Positions 10,055-18,861 of a stretch of 64,000 bases of DNA are shown in pieces; positions within the stretch are counted from its first letter, which is position 1; each line of letters opens with the position of its first letter. Below the pieces are notes generated by a model. That model saw only the letters and a program-made list of their open reading frames with translations, had not been told where the DNA came from and did not search any database. Both the position numbers and the translations under genes were made by a program. The stretch is from positions 64,001 through 128,000 of IMG/VR virus record IMGVR_UViG_3300036790_000419; one strand, given 5' to 3'. This stretch comes from a virus.

Positions 10055-10704
10055 CCGACCTCGCCGCGCTCGCCGATGCGGTCCAGGCCACCCGCCGGAA
10101 CCTGGACCGCCAGGCGGGCCGCGCGCAGCAGGTGGCCGAGGCCGGCCTGGCGGCCGAGGCTGAGATCGCGCGCCTTGAGGACCTGGCCGGCGTCTGCGCC
10201 AGGACCGCCGCCCTGCTGACGACGATCGGCGAGGAGCGGCAGGAGAGCGCCCGGCAGGCGTTCGAGGACCTGGCGACGCGGGCGCTGCGGGACATCTTCG
10301 GCGAGGACCTGTCGTTTCACCTGGTGCCCGGCGAGACGGGCGGCCAGGTGACCCTGGAGCCGGTTATCCGGTCGGAGTTCGGCGGCGAGGTCCTGGAGAC
10401 CAGCGTGCTCGACGCGCGCGGGGTGGGCATGGCAGTCGTGGTCGGCTTCGTCCTGCGGCTGGTCATGGTGCTGCTCAGTCCGCAGGCACGCAAGGTCCTG
10501 TTCCTGGATGAGACGTTCGCGTTTGTCAGCGCTAGCTACCGGTGCCAGCTGGCCCGGTTCCTGCGTGAGGTGGCCGGCGAGAACGGCGCGCAGGTCGTTA
10601 TGATTACCCACGACCCGGTCTACACCGAGGAGGCCGACGTGCTGGTGCGCCTGGCTCTCGGTCCGGACAAGGTGACCCGGGTGTTCGAAGGGGAGAGTGA
10701 GTAG
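10051..10704 (+). CDS. Rad50/SbcC-like ATPase, C-terminal half
   Basis: Coiled coil, variant signature ARGVG, Walker B LFLDE, H-loop MITH. Confidence 0.82.
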   Translation: MTDLAALADAVQATRRNLDRQAGRAQQVAEAGLAAEAEIARLEDLAGVCARTAALLTTIGEERQESARQAFEDLATRALRDIFGEDLSFHLVPGETGGQVTLEPVIRSEFGGEVLETSVLDARGVGMAVVVGFVLRLVMVLLSPQARKVLFLDETFAFVSASYRCQLARFLREVAGENGAQVVMITHDPVYTEEADVLVRLALGPDKVTRVFEGESE

Positions 10705-10706
10705 CC

Positions 10707-11000
10707 GTGCCGCTGCCAGGTGAAGGCCAGGTGGCCGAGTTCGACCGCGAGGCGGCCCGCAACGTGGTCCGGTGCGTCGTTCTCGCGGCGGACAGCGAGA
10801 TCCGGCGGGCGCCGGTCCCGTTCAGCAGCGTCCGCAACCCGGACGGCTCGCGGCAGGCTGAGACGCAGAGCGAGCGCGAAACCCGGCTGGTCCGCACGGC
10901 GGTCATGCACCTGCTGGAGCAGGGCCTGGTGGTGCTCCCGCCGGACATCGCGGAGATGCTGGACGACTGGATTCCCCTTGAGCGCGCTGGGACGGACTAG
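10707..11000 (+). CDS. Hypothetical protein
   Basis: SD gggag, abuts neighbours. Confidence 0.6.
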   Translation: MPLPGEGQVAEFDREAARNVVRCVVLAADSEIRRAPVPFSSVRNPDGSRQAETQSERETRLVRTAVMHLLEQGLVVLPPDIAEMLDDWIPLERAGTD

Positions 11001-13963
11001 TGACCGGCCGCAGCCCTGACTCAATCGCCCGGTGGCTGGACGGGAATCTGTTCCGGTTCGACGGCCCGTCCCAGATGCTGGGCACCGAGCCGAACGCCGC
11101 CCGCCGCCCGTGGGACGCGGCGAAGACCCGCTGGCTGCTCGCCGCGTCCTGGGACTACAGCCAGGCGGCCGGCAACATGGCGATCCCCGCCGTCTACGAC
11201 GCCATCCACAAGGCGGGGACGTACAGCCTGGCCGACCGCTGGTACCTGCCTGCCACCCCGCGCGACATGGACCTGCTGGAGCGCGGCCAGGTGCCGGCGT
11301 TCGGCATCGAGAGCCGGCGCCAGGCGCTCGACTTTGACGTGGTGGCCACCAGCATCTCCTACACCGTGCTGTTCATGAACTTCTGCAAGACCCTCTCCAT
11401 GAGCGGTATCCCGCTGCGCTGGGAGGACCGCGCGGGCGACCCGGGGGCTTACCCGATGGTCATGGCCGGCGGCCAGGCCTACTGCGCGCCCGAGTTCATG
11501 GCCCCGGTGGCAGACTGCGTATGGCTGGGTGAGGCCGAGGACGAGCCCGGTAACCCCGGCATGGCCGCGGTCTGCGAGGCCATCGCCCAGATGAAGGCGG
11601 ACGGCCTGTGGCGCGAGGAGCGGGCGCTGTGCTACCGGATGCTGGCCCGCGAGTTCAACTTCCTGTACTTCCCGCGCTTCACCGCCGTGGACTACCGCTA
11701 CGAGGACCGCGGGCTGCCTGAGCTGACCAAGATGGTGTCCGGCTACCGCTCGCTGCTGCCGGGCGTCGGCCCGCGCTTCAAGGCCAGGCGGGTGGTCAGC
11801 CTGAATAACGCGGACCTGATGACGTCCGCGCCGGTGCTGTTCGCCGACCCCGGCATGGGCTCGGGCGACGTCGAGGTAGCGCGCGGCTGCCCGGCCTGGT
11901 GCTCGTTTTGCCGTCTCTCGTGGGCCACCAAGCCCTACCGGCAGGAGGACACGGCTCGCTCGCTGGCTCGCGCGAAGACGTGGCGCGACAACATGGGCAG
12001 TACTGACATTTCCCTGGTCGCCCCTGACCCGCCTATGCACACCCAGATGAAGAAACTGGTCGCCGGGCTGCTGGAGAACGTCACCGGCAAGGTGGACGCG
12101 TCCAGCATGCGGATCGATGACTACCTCAGCGACCCGGACCTCTCCCTGCTGCTGCAGGTCTCGGGCACCACCGCGCTCACCCTCGGCCTGGAGGCCGGCG
12201 CGCAGCGGATACGCGACCTGGCCGGCAAGGGCACCAGCGACGACGACGTGGCGAAGGCGGTCACGGCGGCGATCCGGGCCGGCATCAGGAAGATCAAGAT
12301 CTACTTCATCACCAACTGGCCGGGCGAGGAGCAGGCCGACGTGATGAAGGTGGTGGCCCTGGGCAAGCGCCTGGCTGACATCCGTGACAGCTTTGGCGAG
12401 GCCGCGGCCGGGGTGCAGATCATCTTCTCCTGGACGCCGCTGCTGATCGAGGCGCAGACCCCGCTGCAGTGGTTTGCCGTCACCCCGCCGGACTACATGC
12501 TGCAGCAGGCGCTCGACGAACTCCGCGATCACCGGATCTGGGTCAAGATCGGCAGCAAGGCGTCGCCGCCGAAGCTGGCGTTCTTCCAGGCCTGCCAGCG
12601 AGCGAGCCGCGACGCGGGCGAGGCGATCGTAGACGTTATCGAGAATTACGGGACGGCTTCATGGGGCGGCTTCCCGAAGGACATGCGGGAAAAGCTCGAC
12701 GAGGCGATGAGAGTTCACGGTTTCCGCAACGGGCTCGACGACATATTCGGCGAGCGGTTCTACGAGGACCTGCTCGGCTGGGAGATGATCGACACCGGCG
12801 TGAAGCGCTCCCTCATGTGGCGGGCCTACCGGGACATGGTGGAGCTGCTCGAAGGCACGGACGCCGGGACTTACGACAGTGATATCCCCGAGGGATATCA
12901 CGGCAACGAGTGGGTGCCGCGCTGCGACCAGCAGTGCTCGGGCAGTGCGTGCGGGGTGTGCGACCGCGGCGACCTGGAGCTGCGCCGCGAGTACGTTCAG
13001 GCCGTCGACCGGGACCTGGCTGCCGACCCGGTGCGCCCGCTCGACCAGTCCACCGTCGCGCAGCGCGTCCGGCTGCGGGTGGAGCGCCCGGAGGTGTTCC
13101 GCTTCGTCACCGGCACGTTCCTGGAGTACGCGATCCGCCGGGCCGCCTACCGGGCGCACCGCGACGGGTTCCCCGCGCTCGCCGCCGAGTCGGTGCGCCT
13201 GGTGTCGGCGGGAACCGGCTACCGCGAGCGCAGCGCCGGCGTCGACTATGCCGAGTTCGGCCTGACCGCGCCCGCCGACGGTGACGCGGTCGGCGAGTTC
13301 CTGGCCCGCATGGCAGTGCACGTGCACCCGCACTTGCACTGGAGCGGGAACTACGCGGTGCTCCCGGCGGCGGCGAAGCTGCCCGCGCGCCCGGTCGGCC
13401 TGTGGGAGCTGGAGGTGGCCGACGACCCCGCGGTCCTCGCCCGGCGGCTGCGCTGGTGGGACGAGGCGGAGGCGGTGCCGGTGCTGATCCGCGCGGACAG
13501 CTTCTACGCCGGCACGACCGCCGGGCCCGGCGACGCCAAGGAGCACGTCACTGATTTCTGGGTGACCCGCGACGGGCAGCGGACCGTGCTGCGCATGCTG
13601 CTGAACGGCCGGCTCGGCCCGTACCAGGCGTACGCCGCGCTGTCCGGCAAGGCCAGCTGGCTTGAGGCCGCGCGTTACACCGCCCGCCGACTGGAGTTCT
13701 TCAGCGGCGGCGCTCAGCCGTGCGAAGGGTGCGGGCTGCCCGTGCCGGCCAGCCTGCTCGACGTTCCCTGGAGCGAGCGGTTCTGCCCGCGCTGCGGCGA
13801 CGCAGCCGAAGGGAAGGTTACCGCGGCGCTCTCGGGCGCCGGCGTATTACAGGTACCTGCCTTACGCACACCCTGTGGAGGAACCTGTGGATACTCCCGG
13901 ATACCGGAAGCCCGCTCACCAGTACGGCCAGCCTTACGGCACCTCGCCGGGGGCCGGCGATAG
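11000..13963 (+). CDS. Radical SAM protein (TIGR03960-like) fused to DUF2344-like domain and zinc ribbon
   Basis: CPAWCSFC CxxxCxxC; FGIESRR..DFDVV, AGGQAYCAPE, WLGEAE; QRVRLRVERPEVFRFV..AIRRA; CEGC..CPRC. Confidence 0.82.
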   Translation: MTGRSPDSIARWLDGNLFRFDGPSQMLGTEPNAARRPWDAAKTRWLLAASWDYSQAAGNMAIPAVYDAIHKAGTYSLADRWYLPATPRDMDLLERGQVPAFGIESRRQALDFDVVATSISYTVLFMNFCKTLSMSGIPLRWEDRAGDPGAYPMVMAGGQAYCAPEFMAPVADCVWLGEAEDEPGNPGMAAVCEAIAQMKADGLWREERALCYRMLAREFNFLYFPRFTAVDYRYEDRGLPELTKMVSGYRSLLPGVGPRFKARRVVSLNNADLMTSAPVLFADPGMGSGDVEVARGCPAWCSFCRLSWATKPYRQEDTARSLARAKTWRDNMGSTDISLVAPDPPMHTQMKKLVAGLLENVTGKVDASSMRIDDYLSDPDLSLLLQVSGTTALTLGLEAGAQRIRDLAGKGTSDDDVAKAVTAAIRAGIRKIKIYFITNWPGEEQADVMKVVALGKRLADIRDSFGEAAAGVQIIFSWTPLLIEAQTPLQWFAVTPPDYMLQQALDELRDHRIWVKIGSKASPPKLAFFQACQRASRDAGEAIVDVIENYGTASWGGFPKDMREKLDEAMRVHGFRNGLDDIFGERFYEDLLGWEMIDTGVKRSLMWRAYRDMVELLEGTDAGTYDSDIPEGYHGNEWVPRCDQQCSGSACGVCDRGDLELRREYVQAVDRDLAADPVRPLDQSTVAQRVRLRVERPEVFRFVTGTFLEYAIRRAAYRAHRDGFPALAAESVRLVSAGTGYRERSAGVDYAEFGLTAPADGDAVGEFLARMAVHVHPHLHWSGNYAVLPAAAKLPARPVGLWELEVADDPAVLARRLRWWDEAEAVPVLIRADSFYAGTTAGPGDAKEHVTDFWVTRDGQRTVLRMLLNGRLGPYQAYAALSGKASWLEAARYTARRLEFFSGGAQPCEGCGLPVPASLLDVPWSERFCPRCGDAAEGKVTAALSGAGVLQVPALRTPCGGTCGYSRIPEARSPVRPALRHLAGGRR
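13843..13849 (+). promoter_or_regulatory. CGTAGTA-class element (CGTATTA)
   Basis: Upstream of the 13887 operon. Confidence 0.4.
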
Positions 13964-14036
13964 CGACTGGGCCGGCGAGGGCTACAGCAAGGTGCCGGAT
14001 CCTGAGGTACTGGAGCCCGTTGACCAGCCTGCCTGA
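13887..14036 (+). CDS. 49-aa protein resembling the decoration-protein N-terminus
   Basis: SD ggagg; DTPGYRKPAHQYGQPYG. Confidence 0.65.
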   Translation: MDTPGYRKPAHQYGQPYGTSPGAGDSDWAGEGYSKVPDPEVLEPVDQPA

Positions 14037-14256
14037 GCCGCTAGTCGAGCGGGGTGCCGGCTGTCCTTACTGCGGCGGTTCCGCCGAGCCCGAGCAGGAC
14101 GGCGACGTCGTGTACTTCGCCTGCCCGGCGTGCGAGGGCGAGTTCGGCCACCGCAAGGCTGACCGGGGCACGTTCTGCGCGGCCGGCCTGCCCGTTGCCG
14201 GGCCACCGCCCGGCCCCCCGGTCATCGCGGCCACCATCAGGAGGAGACCCGAGTGA
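14020..14256 (+). CDS. Zinc-ribbon protein (Lar-like CPYCGG)
   Basis: CPYCGG...CPAC; TTG start after ggag. Confidence 0.6.
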   Translation: MTSLPEPLVERGAGCPYCGGSAEPEQDGDVVYFACPACEGEFGHRKADRGTFCAAGLPVAGPPPGPPVIAATIRRRPE

Positions 14257-15401
14257 GCGAGCCCCTGCACCTGAAGTACCGGCCCCGGACGTTCGCCGAT
14301 GTCGCCGGGCAGCGCCCGTCTGTCGCCGTCTTGTACCGGATGTGCAAGCTGGGCAGCGTGCCCGGCGGGATGCTCTTCTACGGCGAGCGGGGCTGCGGCA
14401 AGACGACGATGGCCCGGATCGTGGCCAAGGCCCTCAACTGCGAGGCGGGCCCCGGGCCGGCCGGGAGCTGGCCGTGCGGGGCATGCGCGAGCTGCGAGGC
14501 GGTTGACGGCGACACCAGCCCGGACGTGGAGGAGCTGGACGCCGCGAGCAACGGCGGAGTCGAGCAGGTCCGGGACATCCGCACCAGGGCCTACTACGGC
14601 GCCGTCGGCGGCGGCCGGAAGGTCTACATCGTCGACGAGGCGCACGGCCTGTCCGGGCCCGCGTTCGAGTCCCTCCTGAAGGTCCTGGAGGAGCCGCCGC
14701 CCGGCGTGGTGTTCATCTTGGTCACCACTCAGCTCAGCGCTATCCCCCGCACGGTGCGCAGCCGGTGCAGCCCGTTCCGGTTCGACCCGCTGCCAGTCGG
14801 GGTCATCCGGGACCGGCTGGCGGCCATCTGCCAGGCTGAGGGGACCGCCGCCGAGCCCGCGCTGCTGACCGCCATCGCCGAGGCCGCCCGCGGCGGCATG
14901 CGCGACGCCGTGGTCCGGCTTGACCAGGTGTCCTCGGTCGGCATCACCTCGCTGTCCATGTGGCGCGAGCTGACCGGGGAGACCGATTTCGCCCCTGCCC
15001 TGCTGGCCGCGGCGGCTGACGGCGACCCGGGGGCCATGTACGCCGCGATGGACCGCGCGCTGGCCACGTACGGCGACCCGGGGCAGGTCGCCCGCGAGGT
15101 CGTCTTCTGCCTGCGCGACCTGCTGGTGCTGTCGTGCGGCGCCGACGTCGCCGCGCAGGGCGAGGCGCTGGCGGCCCGCCGCGAGCTTGCCGGCCGCCTC
15201 GGCGTGCCCCGGGTGCAGGCGGCGATGGCCGTGCTGTGGGACCTGCAGACCAGGACCCGGGTTGATGACCGGGAGACCGCCCTGACCCTCGCGCTGTCCG
15301 TGGTCGCCCGGAAGCTGGGCCAGCAGCCCCCGCCGATTGCCGCCAGCGGGAGCCAGAAGGCCTCCTTTGATGAGATCAAGGATGCCCTGGGGGCACTGTG
15401 A
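14253..15401 (+). CDS. dnaX: DNA polymerase III gamma/tau clamp loader
   Basis: KYRP.TFADV.GQ, GERGCGKTT, ELDAASN, IVDEAH, LLK.LEEPP, SRC. Confidence 0.95.
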   Translation: MSEPLHLKYRPRTFADVAGQRPSVAVLYRMCKLGSVPGGMLFYGERGCGKTTMARIVAKALNCEAGPGPAGSWPCGACASCEAVDGDTSPDVEELDAASNGGVEQVRDIRTRAYYGAVGGGRKVYIVDEAHGLSGPAFESLLKVLEEPPPGVVFILVTTQLSAIPRTVRSRCSPFRFDPLPVGVIRDRLAAICQAEGTAAEPALLTAIAEAARGGMRDAVVRLDQVSSVGITSLSMWRELTGETDFAPALLAAAADGDPGAMYAAMDRALATYGDPGQVAREVVFCLRDLLVLSCGADVAAQGEALAARRELAGRLGVPRVQAAMAVLWDLQTRTRVDDRETALTLALSVVARKLGQQPPPIAASGSQKASFDEIKDALGAL

Positions 15402-15631
15402 GCGCTAGCTGGGAGACCCGCCACCCGTCGGTTCGCGAGAAGTGCCGCTGGCTTGAGCCGAACCCGAACCTTCCGCCGGGCGTGCCGGCCACCGTGGCCG
15501 GCATGTTCCGCGACATGAGGAACCAGCTGCTGGCGGTGCTCGACGACGGTCCCCAGCTCTCGCTCGGGCTGCAGCACCTGGTCGACGGCAAGGACTGCCT
15601 GGTGCGCCAGGCCCTCGCGGACACCGACTAG
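15398..15631 (+). CDS. Small helical-hairpin protein, possible Acb2/Tad1-like
   Basis: NLPP...DGPQLSLGLQHLVDGKDCLVRQAL. Confidence 0.55.
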   Translation: MSASWETRHPSVREKCRWLEPNPNLPPGVPATVAGMFRDMRNQLLAVLDDGPQLSLGLQHLVDGKDCLVRQALADTD

Positions 15632-16186
15632 ATGGCCCTCTGCTTCAACGAGGAGTGGATGAGCCAGGGCCAGCTCGACGTGCTGGCGGCCCTGGCCCAG
15701 TCCACCGGCTACCTTGACGGCGCGGCCGTCGAGATCGGCACCTGGCAGGGCCGTAGCGCTATCCCTATCGCCAACGCGATCCGCCCGAGGACCCTGCACG
15801 TCGTCGACCACTGGGAGGGCGACGGCCCGGAGTCGGCCGCGGCCGGCATCGGCATCGACCCGGAGCTGGTCAAGCGGGACAACTACGGGATCTTCCTGGC
15901 CAACGTCGCCGAGGCCACGCAGGGCAACGTCCAGGTCTGGAAGGCGGACTGGCGGGAGTTCGCGGCCAAGTGGGACCGCCCGATCGGGTTCCTGCACCTG
16001 GACGCCGCGCACACCACGGCGGAGGTGTCCGACTGCATCGCCGCGCTGCTGCCGCACGCCGTGCCCGGCGCCGTCTTCGCCGGCGACGACTGGAACTTCC
16101 CGACGGTGGCGGCCGGGGTCCGCGAGCAGTTCCCGGACAGCCAGCTCAGCGTCCAGTTCGGCAAGCTCTGGTGGGTGACCCTGTGA
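15632..16186 (+). CDS. Class I SAM methyltransferase (Methyltransf_24-like)
   Basis: VEIGTWQGRS, FLHLDAAHT, GDDW. Confidence 0.85.
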   Translation: MALCFNEEWMSQGQLDVLAALAQSTGYLDGAAVEIGTWQGRSAIPIANAIRPRTLHVVDHWEGDGPESAAAGIGIDPELVKRDNYGIFLANVAEATQGNVQVWKADWREFAAKWDRPIGFLHLDAAHTTAEVSDCIAALLPHAVPGAVFAGDDWNFPTVAAGVREQFPDSQLSVQFGKLWWVTL

Positions 16187-16998
16187 AACTGTGGGATACC
16201 TGCATGCTCCGCGATGAGCTGGACATCCTCGAATGCCACCTGACGGAGTACGAGGACACTGACATCTGGCGGCACGTCATCGTGGAGGCCCCGCTGACGT
16301 TCACCGGCCAGCCGAAGCCGTTGTACTTCGCGGAGAACAGGGAACGGTTCGCCCCGTGGGCTGACCGGATCGTCCACCTGGTCGACGACGAGCTGCCGGA
16401 GACGCACGACCCCTGGGTCCGCGAGCGCCACCAGCGCGACTTCGCCATGCGCGGCCTGGAGGGCTCGACACCCGATGACGTCCTCATCGTCGCCGACGTC
16501 GATGAGCTGCTCTTCCGCGAGACCCTGAGGGTGCGGCCCGACCCGCTGCTCGGGGTGGGCCTGCAGCTGCTGTACGGCGCGGTGGACCGGCTCGGGAACG
16601 TGCAGGTCATGTCGTCGCTGGCCCGGCGGGGCGTGGTCTCCTCGCTGAATGAGGTGCGCGAGCGCCGGGAGTCCTACCCGAGGGTTGAGCTGGGCGGCTG
16701 GCACTTGTCCTGGCTGGGCGGCCCGGAGGTGATCCGGCGCAAGGCACTGTCGTTCAGCCACACCGAGGCGGTGCCGAAGATCTGCGGGGACAGTGCCTCG
16801 CCGGGTATCGCTTACGAGATGTGGGCGAAAGGCTGGGTGGAGGCGGACGGGGAGACTTACCCTGGCACCACCGACGTGGACCCGGACGCGACCTGGCCCA
16901 AGTGGATCTGGCAGTCCTGGGACCCGGTGCGGCGGCGCCGCCGCCGGCACGGACCCGCGCCGGCCTCCTGGTTCCGCCCGAGGGAGAGCGCATGCTGA
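16183..16998 (+). CDS. GT17-like glycosyltransferase
   Basis: ELDILE, VEA..TFTG.PKPLYF, DVDE, GGWHLSW, FSHTE. Confidence 0.85.
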   Translation: MKLWDTCMLRDELDILECHLTEYEDTDIWRHVIVEAPLTFTGQPKPLYFAENRERFAPWADRIVHLVDDELPETHDPWVRERHQRDFAMRGLEGSTPDDVLIVADVDELLFRETLRVRPDPLLGVGLQLLYGAVDRLGNVQVMSSLARRGVVSSLNEVRERRESYPRVELGGWHLSWLGGPEVIRRKALSFSHTEAVPKICGDSASPGIAYEMWAKGWVEADGETYPGTTDVDPDATWPKWIWQSWDPVRRRRRRHGPAPASWFRPRESAC

Positions 16999-17771
16999 AT
17001 GACACCGCCCTGCTCATCACCGCCTGGAAGCGGCCGGAGTACCTGCGCCGTACCCTCGCCTCGTGGGCCGCCGCCGCGGACGTGGGCGAGCTGCGCATGG
17101 TCGCCGTCGCCCTCGGCTGGTCGAGTCACATGGATGACCAGATGGACGTCATCGCCGAAGCCGAGCAGGTACTGGGCCGCAAGGTCGTCGTGCTGAAGGA
17201 CAGCACGGAGGCCGCGCACGGTTCCGGCATGCACCGCGCGCTTGGCGAGGCCATAGACCGGGTACTCGACGGGTTCAGCCCGGAGTTCGTGCTCTGCGGC
17301 GAAGAGGACGTCATCGTCTCCAGTGACGTGCTGCGCTACATGGCCTGGGCGCAGGCCCAGTACACCGACAACGTGCTGTGCATCTGCGCGCACAACCGCG
17401 GCGGGGCAGGCTGGGACGGCCTGAGCGCGCCGCGCCAGGACGACGAGGCCGACCAGTCGGCGGTGCGGCTGCTGCCGTACTTCAACCCCTGGGTGTGGTG
17501 CACCTGGCAGCACACCTGGAAGGCGACGATCCGCCCGGTGTGGGACTGGGACTGCGACAGCGGCGTCGCGTTCAACGAGTCCGGCTACGACTGGAACCTG
17601 CAGCGGCTGTCCGGCACCGGGCCATGGCTGAACCTGGTGCCGGACGCCGCGCGCAGCCAGACCATCGGGGAGTACGCCGGGGTGTACTCGAACCCGGGTA
17701 TCTTCCCGCTGCAGCAGGCCCGGTCGTTCCGCGAGGAGCGCGAGAACGTGCGGTACTGGCTGAAAGACTAG
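16992..17771 (+). CDS. GT-A fold glycosyltransferase
   Basis: ITAWKRPEYL..TL.SW, EED, F.PWVW.TW. Confidence 0.75.
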   Translation: MLNDTALLITAWKRPEYLRRTLASWAAAADVGELRMVAVALGWSSHMDDQMDVIAEAEQVLGRKVVVLKDSTEAAHGSGMHRALGEAIDRVLDGFSPEFVLCGEEDVIVSSDVLRYMAWAQAQYTDNVLCICAHNRGGAGWDGLSAPRQDDEADQSAVRLLPYFNPWVWCTWQHTWKATIRPVWDWDCDSGVAFNESGYDWNLQRLSGTGPWLNLVPDAARSQTIGEYAGVYSNPGIFPLQQARSFREERENVRYWLKD

Positions 17772-17776
17772 GGCTG

Positions 17777-17929
17777 ATGGACCTGCCCGACGATGAGAAG
17801 CAGGGCCTGGGCGAATGGGAGCTGGACTGCGCGGCCCGGCTGCAGTCCGAGTACGGCGTCAGTTACGGCAAGGGCTGGGTGCGCCTGACGACAGAGCCCG
17901 GCTGCCCGCATCACGGGGCGCCCGATTAG
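17777..17929 (+). CDS. 50-aa hypothetical protein
   Basis: MDLPDDEK...GCPHHGAPD; fills gap. Confidence 0.45.
   Translation: MDLPDDEKQGLGEWELDCAARLQSEYGVSYGKGWVRLTTEPGCPHHGAPD
17922..17928 (+). promoter_or_regulatory. Late CCGATTA element, leaderless
   Basis: 7 nt before GTG 17936. Confidence 0.7.
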
Positions 17930-17935
17930 AGGTGC

Positions 17936-18376
17936 GTGGCTAGCAACTGGGACAAGTTCGACGGGCTGTTCACCTGCCCGAAGAGCGTAGAGGACGGCGA
18001 CCTGCGCACCTCTTACGAGGAGTTCTACTCGACCGCGCGCGGCGAGTGCGAGGGCCTGGACATGTCGTCGGCACAGGTCATGCGCACCAGTGTGATGCTC
18101 AACTGGTTCTTCAAGCACCAGCAGACTTCCCGGCGCGGCTACGGCACCGACGACGGCTACCAGCACCCGGGCCAGGAGAAGGACGCGATCCTGGCCTGGG
18201 AGCAGATCGCCAAGACCTGGGACGACGTCCGGCTGAAGAGCCGCCGCGCCGACCCCGGCGGCATGGCCCCGGAGAAGGTCCGCGACGTCTTCCTGCTGGT
18301 GCTCAGCCAGGTGGAGGACCCTGGCCTGCGCGCCGTGCTGCAGGACAAGTTCGTTGAGGCGCTGAGCGGGGCCTGA
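17936..18376 (+). CDS. Hypothetical late protein (terminase small subunit candidate)
   Basis: Late motif, helical, upstream of terminase large subunit. Confidence 0.55.
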   Translation: MASNWDKFDGLFTCPKSVEDGDLRTSYEEFYSTARGECEGLDMSSAQVMRTSVMLNWFFKHQQTSRRGYGTDDGYQHPGQEKDAILAWEQIAKTWDDVRLKSRRADPGGMAPEKVRDVFLLVLSQVEDPGLRAVLQDKFVEALSGA

Positions 18377-18426
18377 TAGACAGCCGATCAGAGTACGTAT
18401 ACGTTGCCTGTACGTACTCTGATCGG
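18377..18426 (+). promoter_or_regulatory. sigA-type promoter flanked by a 16-bp perfect inverted repeat
   Basis: TAGACA-17-TACGTT; ccgatcagagtacgta (18384-18399) / tacgtactctgatcgg (18411-18426). Confidence 0.75.
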
Positions 18427-18434
18427 AGGCTGCT

Positions 18435-18839
18435 GTGTCCAACACCACCGTTTCCCTCCCGGACGACCTGCGCGGCTACGCCAGGGCTGCCGGGGTCAAC
18501 CTGTCCGGTCTGCTGCAGCAGGCCGTCCGCGCGCACCGGGCCGAGCACGACAGCCTGGAGGCGAAGTTCCGCGAGGAGCTGGAGAAGTACCGCAGCGACC
18601 CGGAGCGCCAGGCTGAGTTTGCGCGCCTTGGGGCAGGCAACGGGCTCGCCCAGTTCAGGCCGTGCCCGGCCTGCGGTACCGCGGTGGACGAGGCCGAGGG
18701 CTGCATGGCCATGTTCGAGCCGTACGACGCCGCTCCGGTGGCCTTGCTCGCGCACTACCCCGACGACATGCGCCGGGCGAACCTGCGGTACTGGGCGGAC
18801 AGCGGCTGCGCGGATGTCACCCTGGGCATGCCGGAGTAA
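18435..18839 (+). CDS. CcdA-like ribbon-helix-helix protein with C-terminal Cys domain
   Basis: TTVSLPDDL..YARAAGVNLSGLLQQAV; CPAC. Confidence 0.7.
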   Translation: MSNTTVSLPDDLRGYARAAGVNLSGLLQQAVRAHRAEHDSLEAKFREELEKYRSDPERQAEFARLGAGNGLAQFRPCPACGTAVDEAEGCMAMFEPYDAAPVALLAHYPDDMRRANLRYWADSGCADVTLGMPE

Positions 18840-18861
18840 GCCGCCGGGCGATTACCAGGGC

